DNA of 64,000 nucleotides from Eledone cirrhosa (lineage: Eukaryota): assembly GCA_964016885.1 (NCBI GenBank), contig OZ024742.1, positions 361,584,001-361,648,000 on the forward strand. Reading direction: 5' to 3'. This document shows, one piece after another, positions 53,975-64,000 of the stretch. The notes beneath the pieces are model-generated. The model saw only the letters and a list, made by a program, of their open reading frames with translations, searched no databases and was not told the origin of the DNA. Made by a program: the position numbers and the translations under genes. Numbering within the stretch: position 1 is the stretch's first letter; every line of letters begins with the position of its first letter.

Positions 53975-55470
53975 CATGTAGGAGGTAGCAGAGTGGAAGC
54001 CAAACAACATAGGCCAGTCACCCTGACGTCACATATCAGTAAGGTCATGGAGCGAATCGTCAGAAAGAAACTGATCACTTTCCTCGAGGAAAATGACTGC
54101 CTGACTAACACGCAGCATGGCTTTCACCCAGGAAAAAGCTGCCTTACACAGCTGCTACATCATTACGACTGGGTACTGAAACAACTGCTTGACAGCTCAC
54201 ATGTGGACATGATATATCTTGACTTTGCGAAGGCCTTTGACAAAGTCGACCACGGAATGATATGTCACAAACTACACGGACTCACCATAACTGGAAAAGT
54301 AGGTGAGTGGCTGCACGACTTCTTAAAGGAGAGAAGCCAGACAGTCGCAGCAAACGGGGGCCCTCTCAAAGGAAATATCAATAACAAGTGCGGTTCCCCA
54401 AGGCACAGTCCTGGGACCACTACTGTTTTTGGTGGCTCTCTCAGACATACCCTCTGTAGTACATACAACAACATCCCTCACTAGCTATGATGATGACACT
54501 AAGGTAGCACAGGCAATCAAAAACCCGGCTGACGCTGCCCTTTACAACAAGGGCTGTATGCCATATACAAATGGGCGGAAGAAAACAACATGCAGTTTAA
54601 TGCTGGCAAATTCCAAGCCCTACAATACAAACCTCCAAACAAACTTGCAAACACAAATATAGTACAACACAGTTACACCGGACCAGGAGGGACCGATATC
54701 CCTGGGTAAAAATCGATATGAGACCTGGGTATAGACATGAGCGATGATGCATCTTTTTCCTCGCACATCATGAAAGTGGCGACAATGTGCAGGCGACTCG
54801 CTGGCTGGATCTTGAAGACTTTCCGGACAAGAGACCGAGACACCATGTTGACACTATGGAGGACATTTGTCCTAAGCCGCCTGGACTACTGCTCCCAGTT
54901 GTGGTCACCCCATAGTGTCAAACTAACCACGGAGATTGAGGCAATCCAGCGAAGCTACACTAAGAGAATTGCGACTGTGAAGGAGATAAGCTACTGGGCG
55001 AGGCTAAAAGAACTGAACCTCTACTCCTTGGAACGAAGACGGGAGAGATCCGCAGTGATCTACATGTGGTAAATCCTGGAGGGACTAGCACCAAACTTTG
55101 GCATTGGGAGCTGGACCAACCGCCGAACAGGACGTCATTGTGTGGTGCCAAAGATCCCGTCTTCCATATCTAGAATAAGGAGCAAATATTGCAAAAGTCT
55201 GGGGTTCAAGGACCCTCAACTCTTCAACAAGCTGCCAAGGGATCTGAGAGATCTGCATGGTGTGGATGTCTTCAAGAAACATCTCGACACTTTGCTATCC
55301 AGGATCCCAGATGAGCCCACAGAAAGGCACGAGGGAAACCTAAGGGCAGCAGCAATGAACTCCCTGTTGCACCAGTGGCCAACCAATACAGGCTGGGGAT
55401 AAAATGTGTAGCAACAAGGGCGGTGCCCCAGCATGGCCTCAGCCGAATGGCTGGAACAGGTAAAAGAGTA
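53975..55470 (+). mobile_element. CR1-clade LINE RT to 3' end, decayed
   Basis: HRPVTLTSHISKVMERI, QHGF..GKSCLTQL, LDFAKAFDKV; paralog of 31840-33320. Confidence 0.8.
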
Positions 55471-55479
55471 TATATACGA

Positions 55480-57890
55480 AGTCCAAACTCATTCATGGTC
55501 CATGTGGAGTCATCAATCCAGCCTCAGCCTGCATGAAAGATAAAAAATACAGCAAACATCATCCTAGAGCTTTTATTCGGGAAACTCGGACTGACAATAA
55601 TGGATACCCCCTTTATCGTAGGCGTAGACCAGAACATGGAGGCAATACTGCAAGCCTGACAGTTCGAGGAGAGGAGCTGACCATAAACAATCAGTGGGTC
55701 GTCCTACACAAGAAATTGTTGTGTAAACTTTTAAAATATCAACAAGGGCAGGGACATGGATACCTTTATTACTGACAAAGAACTCAATGATGGTGGGCTG
55801 GATGAGGTGAAACGGCATCAAACAGGTCGATACATCTCCAGCAATGAAGCTATCTGGCGAATCTTTGGATTTGATATCCACCAACGCCACCCAACAGTGG
55901 TCAACCTCGCAGTCCATCTGGAAAATGGACAGAGAGTGTACTTCACTGATATCACTGCTCATCAGTTGGCACAAGCATCACATGACACTAACTGCTTTCT
56001 TTAAACTCTGCCAGAATGATGAATTTGCTCGATCCCTCCTATATGCTGAAGTCCCAACAAACTACACCTGGACCAATTGCAAGGTCTGCATTCGAAGAAA
56101 GCAGGGTTATTTAGTGGAAGGTCATGAAGGCAAGTCAAAGGATGTTGTTGGGTGTGTTGACAATGTCCATCCCAACAACAGAGAATGTTTTTATTTATGG
56201 CTACTTCTGCATACTGTTCGAGGACCAACATCATTAGAGGATCTTAGGTGCTTCAGAGGAAGGGAGTGCGCAACATACCAAGAAGCATGTAAACAGCATG
56301 GACTCCTGCATGACAATGGACACTGGAAAAAGTGCCTAGAAGAAGCAGCAATCACTCAAGTAGCCAGTGAAATAAGACAATTATTTGCTATTATGCTCAC
56401 AGCATGTGGAATTTGATGAAGTTCATCTACTCTGGCTGGAGTACAAAAACAATATGCCAGACAACTATCTACACCTAGCTCGAAGACATCATGGCAATAT
56501 GTATATGGAATATACCCCCAAGATTTACAATCAAGCTCTCTGTGACCTGTCCCATCGAGTTCAGGCAATGAATAGCACATTAGCTAACTGCAGGATGCCA
56601 GAGCCAGATGAAGAAATGGAGGTAGCACAAGACATTTTTTCAGGAGACAAACTACGATATTCAAGCATTGCGTAAGTTTGTGGATTAAAATGAACCTCGA
56701 TTGATGGATGACCAGAAATACGCCTACCTCAACATCATCGAAAACATTCAAAATGACAGGGGAGGACTTTTCTTCATCGATGCTCCTGCTGGCACAGGCA
56801 AGACATTCCTCATAAACCTCCTGCTTGCAAAAGTTCGCCAAAAGCCACATATTGCCCTTGCTGTGGCCTCAACTGGCATTGCATCAACACTTCTGGATGG
56901 GAGAAGAACTGCACACTCCATGTTTAAGCTGCCCATAGATCTCACACAGCATGAACAATCTTTTTGCAACATCAAGAAGAACTCACCCAAGGGCAAGCTT
57001 CTGCAAACATGCAAGATGATAATTTGGGATGAAACTACTATGAGCCATAAAGGAGAAATTGAAGCTTTGGACCGGACGATAAGGGATCTGAGAGAAAATA
57101 GTTGCATAATGGGAGGAGTGACAATGGTTCTTGCTGGTGATTCAGACAAACTCTGCCTGTAATTCTTCGAGGGACTCGAGCTGATCAGGTCAATGCCTGT
57201 CTGAAAACATCCTATGTCTGACCCCACTTTCAACTGCTGAACCTTACAACCAACATGCGAATGCACTTAACTGGTGACGAAGGTGTCAGTGAGTTTGCCA
57301 TCCAACTACTTAAATTGGGAAATGGACTTCTTGAAAAGGACTCCAATGACCATATTCAGTTGTCATTTGGCCATATCATTGACACAGAACATGAACTGAT
57401 TGCCAGAGTGTTTCCAAACATTCAGACCAGGCGATGTGATCCGAAATGGCTCTGTGAACGAGCAATCTTAGCACCTAAAAATGTTGCTGTGAAATAAATC
57501 AACAGAAGGCTGCTGGAGATGTTACCGGGAGAGAAAATATGCTACAAATCAGTTGACACAATCACTTCTCAAGACCAGGTTGTAAACTATCCAACTGAAT
57601 TTAGGGTTGAATCTGGCAGATCCTGCCTTTTCACACGCTCAACTCTATGTTGGCACAACAAGGGCTGGAACCCTGATTGTCTCTTCATTGTGGCACCACA
57701 ATGCAAAACCAAGAATGTTGTTTAACCAGAGGCTTTGGAATGCGCAATGTCGTAATACCTCATTCAATGACAATACACACAGATCCTAATTCCTTAGTCA
57801 TGTAGTTTGCAAGGAATTCTGAAGCCGCAAATTTACTGCATGGTGTTACTTTGAAAGAATATGCAGACATTCCCGGGTAACTCTGCTATA
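55480..57890 (+). mobile_element. Helitron Rep-helicase pseudogene
   Basis: GYPLYRRR, NQWVV, GRYISSNEAIWRIF, LAVHLENGQ, Walker A DAPAGTGKT, IIWDE, LAGD, ERAILAPKN, FSHAQLYV; Helitron-type 3' hairpin also at 58407-58435. Confidence 0.9.
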
Positions 57891-58974
57891 TGAAGTAGTA
57901 TAAGTGAGGACTTTGTTGGGTAGAAATAGCAGCCAAATTTCCTTCAAATTCCACCTTTCCCCGAATTACAGAAATGAGTAAGTAAACGCTTCATTCGATC
58001 ATAAACCAATGATAAATTTATTTTCTTATTTTATTTATGGTTTTTTAAAATAGTCTTTACATGTTGTTTGAATTTCAGAGGTTCAGATTGAGCAAAGAAA
58101 AAAAAAGAAAGAAAGAAAGAAAAGGATAAATAAAAAAAAATCTAAATGTATTTTTTGCGTCAAGCCCTTTTCACTGACAACATACCCAATGATTCATCTA
58201 TGAGTAAAGTATTATATATGCTGACTGTAATAGGGAGCAGTATTCAAAAAATCACCACTGGAAAAAACTAATATTTTTATCTAGATGATTTATTTGACCA
58301 AACGGCAATAAATATTCTGCTTTACTTTCGTTAAAATTCAGCAATTATATTTGAATGGTCAAATATTTTGTAATGTGTGCCAAATATATTGTAACTTTCA
58401 TAAAATACCCGGGTATCACCGGGTAGCTCAGCTAAAATAAAAATGAAATTGTTATTGTTGTTATTGCAATTTATATATTTATACTACTACTGCTGAGTTG
58501 TTACAACGTCTGATAATATTGGAGTTTTGGAGAGGAGATAGCTTGGATTTTATTTACCTATTGACACCCACGGACACACACACATATACACGCATACGCA
58601 TACACGGACACACAGACACACACACATACATGCAGCCACACACACAGACACACACACACATTCACAGACACACATACACACAGACAGGCAGACACACACA
58701 CACACAGACACACATATGAGCTTAACGGAACCAAAAAAGACACATATACGACACTCGCATTCACTGGATGCAAATTCCGTAACAACTGCTTGTGATGTAT
58801 ATATATATATATATGGGAGGAGGTTATAGTTCACTTGAAGCATTGTGTAATGAGGTATAAACGTTAGAATATGTGTAATAAGGCCAAGACAATGCAGATA
58901 TGGACATAGAAAAAGAATGCAATAGTGAGAGATATTGATGAGGATTCGTCTTTCACCTTGAATTTATTTAAATG

Positions 58975-59012
58975 TCCTTAATTTTCGAGATAATATCTCT
59001 TCTTCGGAGGGA
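58975..59012 (-). ncRNA. Atypical minimal hammerhead candidate in the PLE 3' UTR
   Basis: CCT-CCGAAGA-aGAGATattATCTC-GAAA-AT-TA-AGG, then AATAAA; short stems and one extra A. Confidence 0.4.
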
Positions 59013-59385
59013 AGTAAAAGTCTCAGACCAGCGTCTAAATTTCCAATGAAGCCATGCTGACCGGAAATAGTATAGAGTTCTAACTTTAATATCAAAGAAT
59101 TAAAATTAGGTGGGTAAAGAGTAGTCTCCCTTTAAGAGGGGTTTGTTTATGTTTTTGTTGTGTTTTTTAAATTTTATATGCGTGTCTGTATATGTGTGTG
59201 GGAGAAAGCATGAAGGTGTAGGTATGTGTGTGTGTGAGTGTGGGAAGATAGGTCTAATCGTAAAAGTGGGGGGTAGGTGTTATCTGGTGTTAGAACTGGT
59301 TTTGTGTGTGTATGTGTGAGAGAGAATAAGTGGAGGTGTGTGCGTGCGTGTGTGTGGGGTGTGTAAAGTGGGGCTAGAGGCCCTA

Positions 59386-61326
59386 TCAGGTTATAAATTG
59401 GGTGTTGAGCTCTAGTCTATTATTGATTGGTGGATGTGTTCTATCTATAATGAGTGCTTCCTTGATTCTAAGATTACCGAGGTTTCTTTCTTTAGTTTCT
59501 ATCCTAACTGTTATGTTTTTATCAGTGTTTTTGCATTTAACTAGGTGTTTCTTAAATGAGGAAGCGTTAGTATTGAGGTGTTCTTTTATTCTTATGTGGA
59601 GTGGTCTGGTGGTGCTACCTACGTAGAAGTTGTTGCATTTGTCACACTCTAGTCTGTAAACTACGTAAGCCTGGTGGCATAGGTCTGTGTCGTTGATGGG
59701 GCAGTTGGCTAGTCTGCAGCAGTTGTCATGTCTGGTGGAGTGTCTCTTAGCTAGCCGTCCACGCAAAGAAGGACCCGAATGGGCCAGTTGAATATCCAGA
59801 CCTTCTCGTCTGATGGCTCTGCGGATGGCTGTTGTTGTTTCTTCACTGAAGTGTGGGAGCTTCAGGAAGCAAGTGTTAGTGCCTCGGGTGTGGTGTCCTC
59901 TGTTCTTTCTGGCACGGTTTGTGGTGGATGTCGTGTATCCGTTCAGTTTGAGTACTTCCAGGAAATGTGTGGTGTGTGTGTCTCGGTCTCTGGCGTCGGT
60001 GCATTTGTTCTTGATACGTGCCAGTTCGTTCTTTATGTATCCGAACTTGGCACCGAGTGGGAGGGCCGATCTGAAATGTACGAACAGGTCCCTGCTGGCG
60101 GATTTTTTATAGAAGCAGGTGTGGATGTTGCCTTCCTCTGTTACCCTGAGTTGGAAGTCCAGCAGGGATAGGGATCCGCGGTCATCGGGGTGTTCTATGC
60201 TGAACTTTATACTGGCGTCCATGCTGGAGAATGTTGTGTATATTTTCTCTGCCTCTTCACGGGATGATGTAAGGATGAGTATGTCATCTACATATCGGGT
60301 GAAGAAGGCATGGGAATGGCAGGTGTTGAGGGCTCGGCATTCTAGCTGGTTCATGTAAGTGATGGCCAGCAGGCCAGAGAGGCTGGATCCCATGGGTAAT
60401 CCTGTTGTCTGTCTGTATGTGTGGTGGTGGAAGGTGAAGTACGTGTTGTCTACCGTGAAGGACAAAAGTTGGTGTATGTCCGTCGGGTGGAGGCCGTAGC
60501 AGTGGATGTTCTCTGCGACCACGCAGTCCGTCAATAAATCGACAGCTGGGTGAGCGGGGACTGTAGTGTAGAGGGAGACAACGTCGAGGCTAAAAGCGTA
60601 TTTATTAAGTTTAAGTTGTTCTGGCTGGAGTTGGTGTAATCTACGTATAACTTCGTCGGAGCTACTGACATGTCCGGGGAAGGTGGAGAGTAGAGGCTTG
60701 AGGACCTGGGAGAGAAGCCAGGAAATTTTGTATAGGGGTCCTTCTATGCTAGAGACGATGGGTCTTATATGCGTCTTAGTGCTATTCTTGTGGGTCTTGA
60801 TGAGGTGGTAGAAAGTGGGCAGTCTGCTATTTCTAGTGGTGTAGTTGAGTTTAATTTTATTCGGGAGTTGTCTTCTCCTACAGATATCGAACCAAATGGA
60901 GTTGGTCTGTTTTTCGATTTGGGCTGCGGTCATGTCCGGGATCACTGTGTACAGTTCACTGTCGCTTAGGTGTTCGAAGGCTAGGTTATTGTATGTGGCT
61001 TGAGAGATGACGCAGAACTCTTTACCTTTGTCGGATGGTAAGTAAATAAGTTCCTTATTCCGTAGGTTCTTCAGGGCGAGTTGTTGTGTCCTGGAGAGGT
61101 TAGGGGCCACCTTCTTCTGTTTCCGTAAGATGTTAAATACGGAATGTTTTAGTCTCGAGAGTTTATCTTCCAGCTCGCGGTTGGCGGGCGGTGGATAGAG
61201 TGGGCGATCTAGTTGGTATATCGGGAATCTGTATACATACATATATGTATACAGACGTACAGTAGCATGCACATATATATATATATATACATATATATAT
61301 ACATATGCATACAGGTACACATACAT
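59386..61326 (-). CDS. Penelope-like element RT + GIY-YIG endonuclease (Neptune/Nematis-type Cys-rich linker); 5'-truncated, first ~33 aa come from the fused repeat
   Basis: Uninterrupted frame with PSDKG, LIKTHK..IRPIVS, SLDVVSLYT, GLPMGSSLS, RYVDD, LSLLD, CRLANC..C, VVYRLECDKCNNFYVGST.R.L..R..EH, LRIKEALII. Confidence 0.92.
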   Translation of the reverse strand: MYVYLYAYVYIYVYIYIYVHATVRLYTYMYVYRFPIYQLDRPLYPPPANRELEDKLSRLKHSVFNILRKQKKVAPNLSRTQQLALKNLRNKELIYLPSDKGKEFCVISQATYNNLAFEHLSDSELYTVIPDMTAAQIEKQTNSIWFDICRRRQLPNKIKLNYTTRNSRLPTFYHLIKTHKNSTKTHIRPIVSSIEGPLYKISWLLSQVLKPLLSTFPGHVSSSDEVIRRLHQLQPEQLKLNKYAFSLDVVSLYTTVPAHPAVDLLTDCVVAENIHCYGLHPTDIHQLLSFTVDNTYFTFHHHTYRQTTGLPMGSSLSGLLAITYMNQLECRALNTCHSHAFFTRYVDDILILTSSREEAEKIYTTFSSMDASIKFSIEHPDDRGSLSLLDFQLRVTEEGNIHTCFYKKSASRDLFVHFRSALPLGAKFGYIKNELARIKNKCTDARDRDTHTTHFLEVLKLNGYTTSTTNRARKNRGHHTRGTNTCFLKLPHFSEETTTAIRRAIRREGLDIQLAHSGPSLRGRLAKRHSTRHDNCCRLANCPINDTDLCHQAYVVYRLECDKCNNFYVGSTTRPLHIRIKEHLNTNASSFKKHLVKCKNTDKNITVRIETKERNLGNLRIKEALIIDRTHPPINNRLELNTQFIT

Positions 61327-61451
61327 ATATGCACGTATCAGTTTAGCGGCGCTAACGTCGCTTTATTCGTTTGTAAACAAACTGAACAGCCTGAATTTAT
61401 GCCATACGGTGTTAAGGCAACCACGTCACCTTTTTGTTCAACACTGACACA
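61231..61451 (-). repeat. Inverted partial copy of the 466-bp unit, fused to the PLE ORF
   Basis: Reverse complement of about 61731-61950 with one clear substitution. Confidence 0.9.
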
Positions 61452-61683
61452 TACTGTACGTCTGTATACATATATGTATGTACGTATACATGCATACTTA
61501 CATTTAAGTAAGTGCCATACTAAGAGTGAGAAATGAAATTTCGTTTTCATTTTGTTTCAATTTATCGTTTTCGGTATGCCTGACCGATTTAACTCACTCA
61601 ATATGCAAATTAGGCTGCTCAGCCGTTAATTTTCATAAGGAAAGTATATACTTTCGAACGTTCAACTATCTGGCAGATGGGTA

Positions 61684-61728
61684 AACGGTGCTGATGATAG
61701 CTAACAAGCTTGAAACTAGTACATCGTT
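61684..61728 (+). ncRNA. Minimal type I hammerhead ribozyme, copy 1
   Basis: AACGGTG-CTGATGA-tAGCTaacaAGCTt-GAAA-CTAG-TA-CATCGTT; predicted cleavage after GUA (A61721). Confidence 0.9.
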
Positions 61729-62149
61729 CCTGTGTCAGTGTTGAACAAAAAGGTGACGTGGTTGCCTTAACACCGTATGGCATAAATTCAGGCTGTTCAG
61801 TTTGTTTACAAACGAACAAAGCGACGTTAGCGCCGCTAAACTGATACGTGCATATATGTATGTGTACCTGTATGCATATGTATATATATATGTATATATA
61901 TATATATATGTGCATGCTACTGTACGTCTGTATACATATATGTATGTACGTATACATGCATACTTACATTTAAGTAAGTGCCATACTAAGAGTGAGAAAT
62001 GAAATTTCGTTTTCATTTTGTTTCAATTTATTGTTTTCGGTATGCCTGACCGATTTAACTCACTCAATATGCAAATTAGGCTGCTCAGCCGTTAATTTTC
62101 ATAAGGAAAGTATATACTTTCGAACGTTCAACTATCTGGCAGATGGGTA

Positions 62150-62194
62150 AACGGTGCTGATGATAGCTAACAAGCTTGAAACTAGTACATCGTT
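62150..62194 (+). ncRNA. Minimal type I hammerhead ribozyme, copy 2
   Basis: Identical to copy 1, 466 nt downstream. Confidence 0.9.
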
Positions 62195-62428
62195 CCTGTG
62201 TCAGTGTTGAACAAAAAGGTGACGTGGTTGCCTTAACACCGTATGGCATAAATTCAGGCTGTTCAGTTTGTTTACAAACGAACAAAGCGACGTTAGCGCC
62301 GCTAAACTGATACGTGCATATATGTATGTGTACCTGTATGCATATGTATATATATATGTATATATATATATATGTGCATGCTACTGTACGTCTGTATACA
62401 TATATGTATGTACGTATACATGCATACT

Positions 62429-62472
<44 letters not shown>

Positions 62473-62899
62473 AGGAGACAGATAAAATAGACATTATATT
62501 GTCTCTTCAACCTTTAGATGGTCAATGGTTTCGAGAATTTAACTAAAATAAAAAATTAAATTAAATATAATTAAATAAGTAGGGGTTCTCTTTTTCAAAG
62601 AGATATAGAAGGAACATTAAAAAAGATTAATACGACTCCTTATGTGTATCTCACAGTCCAGGATTGACCCTCAGTCCTCGATTCAACCCCCAGACCACAA
62701 TTGAACACCGAAACCAGGATCTCACCATCTCTGGTACTTCCCACTAAGCTACCGAGACTGATACAAAGATTTACTGAAAATTAATATTTATAAACCTACT
62801 TTCAAAATACAATTAATTACTTTAAATTAAATTAAAATTAAATGAAATAAATCGACATTGGGGTTCTAAACTTTAATATATATATATATATATATATAG

Positions 62900-64000
62900 G
62901 TAGAATCAGTAAGTACATATTAGATCGTATTATCCCTCAAGTTAAGGCTAAGGTAAATATTAAATTATGGGGTAATACTCAACAGGCAATAAGTTGGTTC
63001 AATAACATTAGTGACAAAAACAAATCTTCTTTTATTCAATTCGATATAGATGAATACTATTCCTCTATTTCACCTGAAACTCTGCATAAGGCCCTCTCAT
63101 TCGCTAAGGTTAACTCGGACCTCACAAACGAGGATATTAATATTATACTTGAAGCTAGACGCACAGTAGTCCATTTTGAAAATAGTTATTGGGTCCGCAG
63201 GGATAGACCATCGGAATTTGACATTACGATGGGTTCTAATGATTCGGCGGAAGTTACGGATTTGGTTTGAATCTATATAGCTCACAGACTCCAGACGAAT
63301 TTATTGACCTCCACGGCGGAATCTACCGTGATGATGCACTCCTATTAGTCAAAAATATGAACAAACAAAACCTAGAAAGGCGACGTAAAAACATTAGGAA
63401 ACTTTTCTTAGAACTAGGACTTAGTATTACCTTCGAACACAATCTTAAAGTGGTCAATTTCTTGGTTGTCACCTTCAACCTTAATAACGGTAATATAAAG
63501 CCATTTCACAAACTTAATGAAAATCTCAAATACGTTAATGTAAGATCGAACCATCCACATTCCATTATTAAATCTATCCCTAAAAATATATCCATAAGGA
63601 TCTCCCGACTATCGTCTAATTTGCAGACCTTCAACGAGCATGCTGAGTATTATAACGACGCACTTAGAAAAGCTGGTTACTGCGAGAAAATAGAATATCT
63701 AGAAGATAACCACATAGGTACTATGAATAAATCACATCTAAGTCGAACTAGTATTGCACCACACAGACACATTAATAGGCATAATAATAGGTGCAAACCT
63801 ACAAATAGAGTTAGACGTAGAGAGTACATATGGTATAACCCCGTGTACAATATTTCTATTAGCACTAAGATTATCTCACAATTCTATACACTGATCAATA
63901 AACACTTTACAATTTCACATAAATACTATAAAATCTTAAACTCGCGCACCATTAGACTCTCATACTCCACTGCACCTAACATAGAACAACTAATTAAAAA
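62900..64000 (+). pseudogene. Second, unrelated Penelope-like RT (YRDD type), decayed, runs off the window
   Basis: Manual translation: FIQFDIDEYYSSI, FDITMGSNDSAEVTDLV*, GGIYRDDAL, VVNFL, SNHP, WYNP, LSYST. Confidence 0.75.

Larger units (their letters stand above)
61452..62433 (+). mobile_element. Tandem 466-bp hammerhead-bearing unit (about 2.1 copies); retrozyme or non-autonomous PLE
   Basis: Unit starts (TACTGTACGTCTG) at 61452, 61918 and 62382; copies almost identical; non-coding. Confidence 0.85.

Noticed and set aside
61452-62433. CRISPR-like or satellite array
   Set aside because: Units are full 466-bp duplicates with no unique spacers, in a eukaryotic context
63268-63270. In-frame TGA in the second PLE as selenocysteine
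   Set aside because: It falls at a probable Gly position in a copy that also has frameshifts; ordinary decay is more likely

Overview
Eukaryotic, gene-free, repeat-saturated DNA. The dense (TA)n/(TATG)n tracts and the RTE/SINE content suggest an invertebrate, probably an octopus or other cephalopod; this is inference. I found no host protein gene. Nearly all long ORFs in the track are microsatellite translations or decayed transposon fragments: RTE LINEs (many pieces), R4-, Tx1-, CR1- and CRE-like non-LTR elements, Helitrons, and pogo, Merlin, Tc1-like and Gypsy remnants. Several multi-kb composite blocks are locally duplicated. The one intact long ORF is a Penelope-like (PLE) RT + GIY-YIG frame (59386-61326, minus strand). 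Its 5' end is fused to a head-to-head, tandemly repeated 466-bp non-coding unit, and each full unit carries a minimal hammerhead ribozyme. This looks like a retrozyme co-inserted with its likely mobiliser. Manual folding found about six more hammerheads or hammerhead remnants from unrelated families. Three have a CCGANGA core variant. At four loci the inversion breakpoint falls in or just after the ribozyme. All folds and alignments were done by eye, and element boundaries are approximate.
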